A stretch of 64,000 nt of DNA from an uncultured virus (IMG/VR IMGVR_UViG_3300044991_001638) (IMGVR_UViG_3300044991_001638), one strand, 5' to 3'. Shown: positions 10,484-20,009, counted from the stretch's first letter. The notes: generated by a model from the sequence alone, not told the origin. Numbers and translations are program-made.

Positions 10484-10671
10484 TGAGCAAAATAAAATAC
10501 CCTACAGAAACTACTTACTTTATATCTTACACTAATACTAATGTCTTTGGATATGGAGTAGTGACACCAGAACAAGTTATGGACTCAGGACAGCCTTATC
10601 TCTACACTACATTAAGTGAAGAGGACTGGCTTAAAGAGTTACTAACAAAGTTCAACACAATACCTGAATAA
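10483..10671 (+). CDS. Small hypothetical protein (62 aa, [12 protein letters not shown]...)
   Basis: TAATG stop/start overlap with the upstream gene makes 10483 a better start than 10354. Confidence 0.55.
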   Translation: MSKIKYPTETTYFISYTNTNVFGYGVVTPEQVMDSGQPYLYTTLSEEDWLKELLTKFNTIPE

Positions 10672-10672
10672 T

Positions 10673-10720
10673 ATGCAAACACCAACACATACTCCGACAA
10701 GAACTAGAATACCAACATAA
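10673..10720 (+). pseudogene. Remnant of a Thr/Pro-repeat gene
   Basis: Reads MQTPTHTPTRTRIPT* with the same codon flavour as neighbouring repeats. Confidence 0.3.
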
Positions 10721-10778
10721 AAGAATTAATTATTCGCATTAGTTTCCAATATGATAATTTTGTGTATTTATAGTTGAA

Positions 10779-10937
10779 ATGGAAATTACAATTGGTCAGA
10801 ATTTAAGTTTACCTGTTTTAAAACTTCAAGTTCCATTCAAGGGAACTGTCGAAATTATAAGAATGTACAACACATCATTAACAGTATTTCAAGTCCTACA
10901 AAACTTCAATGCGGATAAATCTAAATACGCACTATAA
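10779..10937 (+). pseudogene. Internally deleted gene (52 aa): start like ORF 19601 joined to a LamG-like C-terminus
   Basis: MEITIGQNLSLPVLKLQV resembles MEFFIKQNSTLPVLKMQV (19601) and is fused to PFKGTVEIIRMYNTSLTVFQVLQNFNADKSKYAL. It has its own TATTTAT at 10765. Confidence 0.55.
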
Positions 10938-10939
10938 AA

Positions 10940-11506
10940 ATGTACACCACAGATTGTAATTACTATAGAATAACAAATTATAATAATGTCCAAACAGGAT
11001 ATTATAGATGGACGGGTTGTACTGATATTATTAGTGTTAATCCTGTAGAACCATTACAAACAAGTTATGTCTGTGCAAAAGATTTATATGTTGAGGATTA
11101 TGCGGCACCTTTAGATGTTGTTAATATGGGATTATGTCCTTCCACAACCCCTACGCCAACTGTAACACCAACACCAACCCAAACATCCGTCACTCCAACA
11201 CCAACCCAAACATCCGTCACTCCAACTCAAACGCCAACACCAACTCAAACCCCATTAGTTATTTACCAATATAATTTATGGACGGGAGGTTATTATCAAA
11301 ATGTTTGTGAATCAACTCATGTCGGTACACCATCAAATGTAACAATTTATACAACAAAACCGTTTGAACTTTTGGTGCCAGGAGATAATGCCTTCGGTAA
11401 TTCATTATTAACCATTCCACCTGTGAACGCAAATTTCACAATTTCAAATGGTAATAGATTTATACAAATGAGCGGAACATTAATTCTTAATGCTGGATTG
11501 TGTTGA
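10940..11506 (+). CDS. Thr/Pro-repeat protein with Cys-containing N- and C-terminal modules
   Basis: 188 aa with a central PTPTQTSVT repeat (27 bp x2). Confidence 0.7.
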   Translation: MYTTDCNYYRITNYNNVQTGYYRWTGCTDIISVNPVEPLQTSYVCAKDLYVEDYAAPLDVVNMGLCPSTTPTPTVTPTPTQTSVTPTPTQTSVTPTQTPTPTQTPLVIYQYNLWTGGYYQNVCESTHVGTPSNVTIYTTKPFELLVPGDNAFGNSLLTIPPVNANFTISNGNRFIQMSGTLILNAGLC

Positions 11507-11555
11507 TAAAAACTAATTAATATGTCTAAAACAAAAAGAATAAGTATTTATTAAC

Positions 11556-12260
11556 ATGGCAATAGGTGTAAGAATTTTAAGTGATAATTTGAGTGGTCAA
11601 ACCACAAATGTTACGTATTTACCAGATACAGGTGGGACTATTGATTTAGGGTCTAAAGTTTTTCCATTTAATTATATTTCAAGTTATTATTATGGTATGT
11701 ACGATTGTTATGTTCCAACATATGGTTATACATATTCTTTAAATGTTCCAGGCCCAACACCAACAAATACTGTTACACCAACACCAACACCAACAAATAC
11801 TGTAACACCAACAAATACTATAACACCGACAAATACTGTAACACCAACAAATACTGCAACACCTACTAACACACCTACGGTAACAAAAACTCCAACAGGA
11901 ACACCATCGGTAACACCAACAAATACTCCAACGCCAAATGAAACTCCAACTCCAACTCCGACAAATATACCAACTGTGCCGCCTGTTAATACGACACCTC
12001 CTTTAATTACGGGGACTAATATGCCAAATCCTTTTGTCGGAACCACAATTACAACTTCAAACGGAACATGGGATAATTCTCCAACATCATTTACTTATCA
12101 ATGGTCTAGAGGACTTTTCGCAATAGTAGATGCAGTGTTATCTACTTATGTACTAGAACCAGGAGACATTGGACAAGAAGTAAAATGTACTGTAACAGCA
12201 ACAAACGAAGTAGGCTCAACATCTGAACCAACTTCAAATAGTGCTTATTCTCTTGGATAA
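11556..12260 (+). CDS. Thr/Pro-repeat protein with C-terminal Ig-like domain
   Basis: TPTNTV repeats, then PPVNTTPPLITG...SNGTWDNSPTSFTYQW...VKCTVTATN. Confidence 0.7.
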   Translation: MAIGVRILSDNLSGQTTNVTYLPDTGGTIDLGSKVFPFNYISSYYYGMYDCYVPTYGYTYSLNVPGPTPTNTVTPTPTPTNTVTPTNTITPTNTVTPTNTATPTNTPTVTKTPTGTPSVTPTNTPTPNETPTPTPTNIPTVPPVNTTPPLITGTNMPNPFVGTTITTSNGTWDNSPTSFTYQWSRGLFAIVDAVLSTYVLEPGDIGQEVKCTVTATNEVGSTSEPTSNSAYSLG

Positions 12261-12342
12261 CAGAAACCGGTAATTGTAATTAATCTTTGAGTGATAGAGA
12301 CCACAAATTAAAACTTTAAACTATTTATTAAAATAAAAAAGA

Positions 12343-12450
12343 TTATCAAGTTTACGAGTAACAATAGGAACATACTATTATACATGGGGTAGTGGGGAAA
12401 CATTAGGAACTTACTATTCCAAGTTGAGTAATACTCCGACAAATAAATAA
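12343..12450 (+). pseudogene. Start-less coding remnant behind an orphan TATTTAT (12322)
   Basis: Open frame LSSLRVTIGTYYYTWGSGETLGTYYSKLSNTPTNK* with no start codon. Looks like a surface-protein module followed by a T/P repeat stub. Confidence 0.35.
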
Positions 12451-12553
12451 ATTGTACTATAAAAATTTTATTAAGTATTAAAAATTATTAAAGAATAAAA
12501 AAATATTTATAATAATATAAAATAACGTAGTATTTATAATAAAATATATAAAA

Positions 12554-14944
12554 ATGGCTTGTAGCAAATATACCTTAACAAATACTGGCTCAACTATAGT
12601 AAATTTTAACTATAGACGATGCGACGATTCTATGTGGGAGTACCAAACGGAATTGACACAAAATGAAACTAAAACAATTTGGTTAATTGATAATACTTAC
12701 TCAACCGCACCTTTATTTTATTCTAGTATTGTTTTAATTAATAATGGTGTTTTTCCACCTCTTTTCCCAACTCCAACCCCAACTTCAACACCAACACAAA
12801 CGCCTACAAATACTCCAACACCAACAAATACTTCTACTCAAACTCCAACTCCAACAAATACTTCCACTCAAACTCCAACACCAACAAATACTTCTACTCA
12901 AACGCCGACTAACACCTCAACTCAAACGCCGACTAACACCTCAACTCAAACGCCGACTAACACCTCAACACCGACAAATACTGTAACACCAACAAATACT
13001 GTTACACCAACAAATACACCAACAAATACACCAACAAATACTCAAACACCAACTGTTACTCCAACAAAAAATAGATTTAGTTTTGTAGTTTCAACAGGTA
13101 CAACAGCTTATGATTCATGTAATGGTATTAACACACCAACAATAACAATATATGGTGATGAGGTAATTTTTGACCAAAATGTATTATTTTATGATTCGTT
13201 ATTTGGTCCAATCACAACTAACATGTCAGGATACTATACAAATTCAGGTCAAGTTGTTCAATTACTTTCAACAGGATATGAAACCGGAGGATTCTCACTT
13301 TGTTCGATGATAATTACAAATACTCCTACACCAACAAATACTGTAACACCAACTAACACACCAACCGTAACTACAACACCAACGGCAACATTTGCATATT
13401 ATACATATAATTTAGGAAGTGGTACATCAATATATGATGCATGTTTCGCAGTTCCATCTTTAGTTTATGGTAGTGTTGCTGCAGGACCTGGTCCAAACGT
13501 AGGAGAAATTTTATATTCTAATACATCATTAACAACTCCAATTCCGGATGGTTTTTATTCTAAAAATGGACTTGCTTGGTATAACGTTACTGGTGGTCTT
13601 GGACAAGTTACTACATCAGACCCTAACGGATGTTTATCAATTCCAACATCAACACCAACATTAACGGCAACAGTAACACCAACCAATACTGTAACACCAA
13701 CAAATACACCAACTAATACTGTAACACCAACTAATACACCAACTAATACTGTAACACCAACTAAAACTGCAACACCAACTGTAACACCAACTAAAACTGC
13801 AACACCAACCGTAACTACAACACCAACGATTACTCCAACAAAAACTAGATTTCCTTTTGTAGTTTCAACAGGTACAACAGCTTATAATTCATGTAATGGT
13901 ATTAATACAATAACAATATATGGTGATGAGGTAATTTTTGATGAAAATGTATTATTTTACGATTCATCATTAGGACCAGTTACAACTGACATGTCAGGAT
14001 ACTATACAAATTCAGGACAAGTAGTTCAATTACTTTCAACAGGAGTGGAAACCGGAGGATTCTCATCTTGTTCATTAATCCCAACTAATACACCAACCGT
14101 AACTCAAACTTCAACACCAACAAATACTCCTACCGTAACTAAAACACCAACAAATACACCAACCATAACTTCAACACCAACAGCAACATTGGCGTATTAT
14201 ACATATAATTTAGGATATGATGGATTTGCGGCAATTGACGCATGTACAGCATATGACCCAGGAACACCAGTTTATGTTTATGGTAGTGTTGCTGCAGGAC
14301 CTGGTCCAAACGTAGGAGAAATTTTATATGATGATACCGCATTAACAACACCAGCATCAAATGGTTATTATTCTAACGGAATTGCTTGGTATAACATTAC
14401 TGGCGGTCTTGGACAAGTTACCACATCAGACCCTAATGGATGTAATTATACCATAGGTGACAATGCTTTAGGTGGTTATATCGCTTACATATTACAACCT
14501 GGAGATTCAGGATATGACGCAAATGTTCAACACGGTTTAGTTGCTACAACAACAAATGTTTCAAGTTCTGCATCATGGGGTTGTCCGGGTACTCTATTAA
14601 CAGGAGCTAGTGGAACTACAATTGGGACAGGTAATCAAAACACCATAGATATAGTAAATGGATGTGCTAATGCGGGAATTGCGGCTAGATTGTGTTCAGA
14701 TTTATCACTAAATGGATATAATGATTGGTATCTACCAAGTATAGATGAGTTAAATAAAGTATGGGATTTTAGAAATGCTTTTGGAGGATTTACAGAAGGA
14801 GAATATTTAAGTTCTACTCAAATTGGAGCTGACGAAATAAATTATATCTTCTTTAATATGGGTATTACTCCAGAACATCTTCCATTAATAGAGACTACTG
14901 GTAAGGGTCAACTTATGAACGTTAGAGCGATTAGGTCTTATTAA
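12554..14944 (+). CDS. Multi-module Thr/Pro-repeat protein with duplicated domains and C-terminal DUF1566/Lcl (C-type-lectin-fold) domain
   Basis: Four T/P tracts separate A-B-A-B modules. C-terminus [20 protein letters not shown]...YLSST...VRAIRSY. Confidence 0.75.
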   Translation: MACSKYTLTNTGSTIVNFNYRRCDDSMWEYQTELTQNETKTIWLIDNTYSTAPLFYSSIVLINNGVFPPLFPTPTPTSTPTQTPTNTPTPTNTSTQTPTPTNTSTQTPTPTNTSTQTPTNTSTQTPTNTSTQTPTNTSTPTNTVTPTNTVTPTNTPTNTPTNTQTPTVTPTKNRFSFVVSTGTTAYDSCNGINTPTITIYGDEVIFDQNVLFYDSLFGPITTNMSGYYTNSGQVVQLLSTGYETGGFSLCSMIITNTPTPTNTVTPTNTPTVTTTPTATFAYYTYNLGSGTSIYDACFAVPSLVYGSVAAGPGPNVGEILYSNTSLTTPIPDGFYSKNGLAWYNVTGGLGQVTTSDPNGCLSIPTSTPTLTATVTPTNTVTPTNTPTNTVTPTNTPTNTVTPTKTATPTVTPTKTATPTVTTTPTITPTKTRFPFVVSTGTTAYNSCNGINTITIYGDEVIFDENVLFYDSSLGPVTTDMSGYYTNSGQVVQLLSTGVETGGFSSCSLIPTNTPTVTQTSTPTNTPTVTKTPTNTPTITSTPTATLAYYTYNLGYDGFAAIDACTAYDPGTPVYVYGSVAAGPGPNVGEILYDDTALTTPASNGYYSNGIAWYNITGGLGQVTTSDPNGCNYTIGDNALGGYIAYILQPGDSGYDANVQHGLVATTTNVSSSASWGCPGTLLTGASGTTIGTGNQNTIDIVNGCANAGIAARLCSDLSLNGYNDWYLPSIDELNKVWDFRNAFGGFTEGEYLSSTQIGADEINYIFFNMGITPEHLPLIETTGKGQLMNVRAIRSY
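12812..12967 (+). repeat. Tandem 30-bp x3 (near-perfect) and 24-bp x3 (perfect) coding repeats
   Basis: actccaacaccaacaaatacttctactcaa-like x3, then actcaaacgccgactaacacctca x3 (12896-12967). Confidence 0.9.
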
Positions 14945-14980
14945 CAATTTATTTAAAATATAATATAAATTATTATAGAT

Positions 14981-15010
14981 AAAACCCTTCAGTTTTTTGA
15001 AGGGTTTTTT
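14981..15010 (+). terminator. Intrinsic terminator
   Basis: Stem aaaacccttca/tgaagggtttt followed by a T-run. Confidence 0.75.
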
Positions 15011-15035
15011 ATTTTTAGGTATAAAATAATATTAT

Positions 15036-16301
15036 ATGAAAATTTTCGTTCAAATCGCCTCTTATAGAGACCCTCAGTTAATTCCAACAATTAAAGACAT
15101 GTTGGCAAACGCCAAAAAACCAAATAACCTTGTCATAGGTATTGCAAGACAATATAGTGATGAGGATGGTTTTGATAATTTAGATGAATACAAAGACGAC
15201 AAAAGATTTAGAATCTTAGATATTCCTTATCAAGACGCCAAAGGTGTATGTTGGGCGAGACACCAAGTTCAACAACTTTATAAAGGTGAAACTTACACCC
15301 TACAAATTGACTCTCACATGAGATTTGTAAAGGATTGGGATGATATCCTTATCAAAATGATAAAGGGGTTACAGAAGGACGGATACAAAAAACCTCTACT
15401 TACGGGTTATGTTCCTTCTTTTGACCCCGAAAATGAACCAGCAGGAAGAGCTCAAGAAGCTTGGAGAATGGTTTTTGACCGATTTATTCCTGAAGGAGCA
15501 GTGTTTTTCTTACCTGAAACAATTCCAGGATGGAAAGAAATGAAGAAACCTGTGACCTCAAGATTCTATTCGGCTCACTTTTGTTTTACATTAGGACAAT
15601 TCTCAACGGAAGTCCAACATAACCCTGAATATTATTTTCACGGTGAAGAAATTTCAATTGCCGCAAGAGCTTACACTTGGGGTTATGATTTATTTCACAC
15701 TCATATTCCTGTTGTTTATCACGAATATACTCGTAAGGGTAGAACAAAACAATGGGATGATGACAAAACTTGGGGACAAAAGAATAGTCACTCTCACTTA
15801 ACAAATAGAAAGTTATTTGGTATGGACGGTGAAAAACAAGAAGGTCATGATGGTCCTTATGGTTTTGGTCCTGTTAGGACTTTAACGGAATATGAAAAAT
15901 ATGCTGGTATTTTGTTTTCAAAGAGAGCGATTGACAAACATACCTTAGATAAAAATTATCCACCAAATCCATATAATTTTGAAACAGAACAAGAATGGAA
16001 AGATAGTTTCTGTATGATGTTCAAACATTGTATTGATATCGGATATTCACAAGTTACTGAAACTGATTATGATTTTTGGGTTGTTGCATTCCATAATGAT
16101 AAAGATGAGACTTTATTTAGAAAAGATGCCGACAAAAACGAAATTGCAGGTTTTATGATAGACCCTGACAAATACTGTAAAGTATGGAGAGAGTTCCAAA
16201 CTGATGAAATGCCTTCTCATTGGGTTGTTTGGCCTCACTCAGAATCAAAAGGATGGTGTGATAGAATCACAGGTAGATTAACCAATAACCAAGTTAGTTA
16301 A
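15036..16301 (+). CDS. GT60-like polypeptide/hydroxyproline alpha-GlcNAc transferase (Skp1 Gnt1-like) with C-terminal extension
   Basis: IFVQIASYRDP, AKGVCWARH, LQIDSHMRFVKDWD, SAHFCF and FHGEEISIAARAYTWGYD match the GlcNAc-transferase (GT60) family pattern. Confidence 0.8.
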   Translation: MKIFVQIASYRDPQLIPTIKDMLANAKKPNNLVIGIARQYSDEDGFDNLDEYKDDKRFRILDIPYQDAKGVCWARHQVQQLYKGETYTLQIDSHMRFVKDWDDILIKMIKGLQKDGYKKPLLTGYVPSFDPENEPAGRAQEAWRMVFDRFIPEGAVFFLPETIPGWKEMKKPVTSRFYSAHFCFTLGQFSTEVQHNPEYYFHGEEISIAARAYTWGYDLFHTHIPVVYHEYTRKGRTKQWDDDKTWGQKNSHSHLTNRKLFGMDGEKQEGHDGPYGFGPVRTLTEYEKYAGILFSKRAIDKHTLDKNYPPNPYNFETEQEWKDSFCMMFKHCIDIGYSQVTETDYDFWVVAFHNDKDETLFRKDADKNEIAGFMIDPDKYCKVWREFQTDEMPSHWVVWPHSESKGWCDRITGRLTNNQVS

Positions 16302-17044
16302 TGAAATTTAATGAAATACCTAAATTTGTTGTTAATTTAGAAAGACGACCTGACCGATTGGAACATATCAAAAAAGAGATGGAATATATTGGTTGGGATT
16401 ATGAAATATTCAAAGCGATAGATACTAATTCTTATATGGGTATTACTCGTTCTATTTTGGAAATAATTAAAATTGCAAAAGAACAAAAATATCCTCGTGT
16501 AATGGTAATTGAAGATGATTGTTCCTTCATGCCATACGCTAAAAATTTCTTAGAAAAATTAGAAAATAAATGTGATGGATTAACGTTTGGGGTTTTTAAT
16601 TTATCACCAACTTTAAATAGATTTATTAATAGAAGTCAGGATAATGAAATGTTATTAGATATGACTAATTTACCTGAGAAAGAAGAACATTTACGAGACA
16701 TTTACGCTTGTAATATGATTATATTTGACGAATCAATTTATGATGAATTGTTTAACATTAAAGATACGGCATTTCAAAGTGGTGAATATTTCTATGCAAT
16801 TGATGATTATATCTTTAAGTATATAATAACAAAACATCAAAGTTATTGTCCAATTTTACCTGTTGCACCACAAGGTAATGATTTATCCAATATTTCTGAC
16901 GGTGTTTATAATAACTTTTATTTACAAACATATAATTGGAATTTATTTAGTCCTATAAAAATTCCAAATGAATTTATGGACCAATATAAAAATCAAGAAA
17001 TAAAAAATAACAAAGAATATAAAGAAGTTTATTATGTCGGTTAA
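16301..17044 (+). CDS. GT25-family glycosyltransferase
   Basis: VVNLERRPDRLE, IFKAID, VIEDD and AIDDY. Confidence 0.75.
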   Translation: MKFNEIPKFVVNLERRPDRLEHIKKEMEYIGWDYEIFKAIDTNSYMGITRSILEIIKIAKEQKYPRVMVIEDDCSFMPYAKNFLEKLENKCDGLTFGVFNLSPTLNRFINRSQDNEMLLDMTNLPEKEEHLRDIYACNMIIFDESIYDELFNIKDTAFQSGEYFYAIDDYIFKYIITKHQSYCPILPVAPQGNDLSNISDGVYNNFYLQTYNWNLFSPIKIPNEFMDQYKNQEIKNNKEYKEVYYVG

Positions 17045-17915
17045 AATTATCACATCAATTTATAGTGATTTACATGGTACAGAGTTTGGTGGTCGAGTTG
17101 GTAGAGGAGGTCATTACAGATTTAGTCTATTGTCGTTATTAAAAATAACAGACGCCGATTTTTTATGTTACACTTCAGACAGAGAAATTAAATCCTTAGA
17201 ATCATTTTTTTACGACGAAAACGGAGTGTCTCCCGAAAAATTACAATTTCAAGTTTTTGACATTGCAAACACAAAATTCAAAGATTTAATTAACCAATAT
17301 AAAAATATTGAAGGAACTAAGAAATCGGATAGATGTATTGAAATACAATATTCAAAATTTCATTGGTGGTCAAATGAAGATAAATCTTACGATTATTATT
17401 ATTGGATTGACGCTGGTCTTTCTCATTGTGGTTTAATACCTTTGAAATATCTAACAAGTACTCACCCGCAAGGTAGATATTATGAAAGTAACCTGTTTAA
17501 TAATGATTTTATTAAAAATGTTATTGAGGATACTGGTGATAAATTTTTACTTTTGGGTAAAGAAAATGACCGAAATTATTGGTCTGGAACTGTAAAAAGA
17601 AAATGGTATACTGAATACGATAGAAGTATTCATATTATTGGTGGAATGTTTGGTGGTCATAGAGATAAGTGGGATGAGGTAGTTAATATATTTGAAGGAT
17701 ACACTAAAAATATTATTGAGGAAGATAAAGGATTACCACATGAAGAAGAGATAATGTCATTAATGTATGTAAACCATAAAGAATTATTTGAAAGAAAACA
17801 TTTTGATATTTGGTGGTGTAGGGATAATGCACCTACAGGGGTAACAGATGAAATGTTTACATTAAACAAAAGTTTTTATAAAATTTTAGAAGAATTCAAT
17901 AGAATATATGAGTAA
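17034..17915 (+). CDS. HtrL/YibB-like putative glycosyltransferase
   Basis: IITSIYSD, SKFHW, YYWIDAGL, IGGMFGG and EEEIMS. Confidence 0.6.
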   Translation: MSVKIITSIYSDLHGTEFGGRVGRGGHYRFSLLSLLKITDADFLCYTSDREIKSLESFFYDENGVSPEKLQFQVFDIANTKFKDLINQYKNIEGTKKSDRCIEIQYSKFHWWSNEDKSYDYYYWIDAGLSHCGLIPLKYLTSTHPQGRYYESNLFNNDFIKNVIEDTGDKFLLLGKENDRNYWSGTVKRKWYTEYDRSIHIIGGMFGGHRDKWDEVVNIFEGYTKNIIEEDKGLPHEEEIMSLMYVNHKELFERKHFDIWWCRDNAPTGVTDEMFTLNKSFYKILEEFNRIYE

Positions 17916-19584
17916 TATAACGTTAGTAACAGGAATATGGGATATCGGTCGAGAAGAATTAACCGAAGGTTGGTCAAGACCCTACCAACATTATTTAGAT
18001 AAGTTTGAACAACTTTTAAAGTGTGATGAGAACATGATTATTTTTGGGGACGAAGAACTTCAAAAATTTGTTTTCGAAAGAAGAAGTCATGACAATACAC
18101 AATTTATTCTTAGACCAATGTCTTGGTTTAGAGAATCTGAATTTTTTAACAAAGTTCAGAAAATTAGAACTGATGAAAATTGGCAAAATTTATCTGGTTG
18201 GTTAAAAGAATCAACACAATGTAGATTAGAAAATTATAATCCATTAGTTATGTCCAAGGTATTCTTATTACACGATGCTAAGATTATGGACAGATTTGAC
18301 TCTGAATATATGTTTTGGATTGATGGTGGTTTAACAAATACCGTTCATCAAGGTTATTTTACTCATGATAAAGTTTTAAATAACTTGTCAAAATACATTT
18401 CAAAATTTTCATTTATTTGTTTTCAATATGACGCTGAAACTGAAATTCATGGTTTTGAATATAATAAGTTAAATTCTATTGCGGGTTCAAAAGTTAATAA
18501 AGTCGCGAGAGGTGGATTTTTTGGTGGCCCAAAGCATACCATTAGTGATATTAATGGAATATATTATAATTTGTTACAAACAACTTTAGATGAAGGTTAT
18601 ATGGGTACCGAAGAATCAATCTTCAGTATTATGTGTTATAAACACTCAGATATGGTTAATTATTTTGAAATTGAATCTAATGGTTTGGTTGGTAAGTTTT
18701 TTGAAGATTTAAAGAATAATGAATTGAAACCTAAATCTGAAAATATTCATAAAGAAACAAACACATTAGATGTTAATAAAGTTGGTTTATATGTGATTAC
18801 ATTTAATAGCCCAAAACAATTTTCAACTTTAATTGAATCCATGAATGCTTACGATAAAGATTATTTATTAAAAACTAAAAAGTTTTTGTTAGATAATTCA
18901 AGTGATACTTCAACATTTGATGACTATGCTAAATTGTGTGAAGAAAATGGGTTTGAACACATTAAGAAAGATAATTTAGGGATTTGTGGTGGTCGTCAAT
19001 GGATTGCCGAACATTTTCAAAATGAAACAGATTTAGATTTTTATTTGTTTTTTGAAGATGATATGTTCTTTTATCCAAAAGAGGGAGATGTATGTAGAAA
19101 TGGTTTTAACCGATATGTTCCAAATTTATATTCAAAAACATTACAAATTGTTAAAAAAGAAAACTTTGACTTTTTAAAACTCAATTATAGTGAATTCTTT
19201 GGAGACAATGGCACTCAATGGTCATGGTATAACGTACCTCAAGATGTTAGACAAAAGTATTGGCCAGGTAAAGACAGATTACCTGTTCAAGGATTAGACC
19301 CAAATGCTCCAAGAACGGTATATGATTCAGTTAATTCATTTCAAGGAGTTCCTTATGTAACAGGTGATGTTTATTATTGTAATTGGCCTCAAATTGTTAC
19401 AAGAACAGGAAATCAAAAAATGTTCTTAGATGTAACATGGGGACATCCATTTGAACAAACTTGGATGAGCCATATGTATCAGTTGGTTAAGAAAGGTGAG
19501 TTGTATCCTGGATTATTACTTATGACACCAACAGAACATGATAGATTTGAACATTATGAAAGAAGTTTAAGAAAAGAGTCATAA
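17908..19584 (+). CDS. HtrL/YibB-like domain fused to a GT-A (GT2-like) domain
   Basis: N-half TLVTGIWDIGR, SKVFLL, FWIDGGL, GGFFGG and TEESI. C-half YVITFN, LLDNSS, NLGICGGRQ and FFEDD. Confidence 0.65.
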   Translation: MSNITLVTGIWDIGREELTEGWSRPYQHYLDKFEQLLKCDENMIIFGDEELQKFVFERRSHDNTQFILRPMSWFRESEFFNKVQKIRTDENWQNLSGWLKESTQCRLENYNPLVMSKVFLLHDAKIMDRFDSEYMFWIDGGLTNTVHQGYFTHDKVLNNLSKYISKFSFICFQYDAETEIHGFEYNKLNSIAGSKVNKVARGGFFGGPKHTISDINGIYYNLLQTTLDEGYMGTEESIFSIMCYKHSDMVNYFEIESNGLVGKFFEDLKNNELKPKSENIHKETNTLDVNKVGLYVITFNSPKQFSTLIESMNAYDKDYLLKTKKFLLDNSSDTSTFDDYAKLCEENGFEHIKKDNLGICGGRQWIAEHFQNETDLDFYLFFEDDMFFYPKEGDVCRNGFNRYVPNLYSKTLQIVKKENFDFLKLNYSEFFGDNGTQWSWYNVPQDVRQKYWPGKDRLPVQGLDPNAPRTVYDSVNSFQGVPYVTGDVYYCNWPQIVTRTGNQKMFLDVTWGHPFEQTWMSHMYQLVKKGELYPGLLLMTPTEHDRFEHYERSLRKES

Positions 19585-19600
19585 CAATATATTTATTGTT

Positions 19601-19978
19601 ATGGAATTCTTTATTAAACAAAACTCGACGTTACCTGTATTAAAAATGCAAGTAGTAAAAGATGGTAGAGCGGGTTACTTGGAACTGATGCAGGACTTGG
19701 AAGTTTCTACTATTTTTTTTACAATGATTGATGTTGAGACCGAAATCCCTAAAATTGTGTCTGCCCCTTGTGAAATTGTTTCACTTATCTTACCTTTAGG
19801 TGCGACACCTGAATATTATATCTATTACAAATTCACTTCAAGAGACACAAACACACCAGGTAGGTATGTTGGTCAGTTCTTAATTAAGAATGACGAGGGA
19901 AATTTAATTCTTCCAATCAGAGAGGAATTATATATTAATATTCAACCAAGTTTTATTTCGGAAACTGCTTGTTGTTAA
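19601..19978 (+). CDS. Putative virion adaptor protein (BppU N-terminal-like)
   Basis: Pattern YYKFTSRDTNTPGRYVGQFLI...ILP. Preceded by TATTTAT. Confidence 0.45.
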   Translation: MEFFIKQNSTLPVLKMQVVKDGRAGYLELMQDLEVSTIFFTMIDVETEIPKIVSAPCEIVSLILPLGATPEYYIYYKFTSRDTNTPGRYVGQFLIKNDEGNLILPIREELYINIQPSFISETACC

Positions 19979-20009
19979 TTTGATTAATCCAATTTTTTAT
20001 TTATATTTA
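19979..20009 (+). promoter_or_regulatory. Putative host-RNAP promoter for DNA polymerase (TTTG-N19-TATATTTA)
   Basis: Same architecture as at 50845-50876. Confidence 0.45.

Noticed and set aside
9226..12046. Minus-strand Val/Gly-rich ORFs (9226-9513, 11726-12046) that look like membrane proteins
   Set aside because: They are antisense shadows of the Thr/Pro codon repeats.
12812..12967. Regular short direct repeats resembling a CRISPR array
   Set aside because: Repeats abut with no unique spacers, are multiples of 3 and encode the T/P stalk. No cas genes are present.
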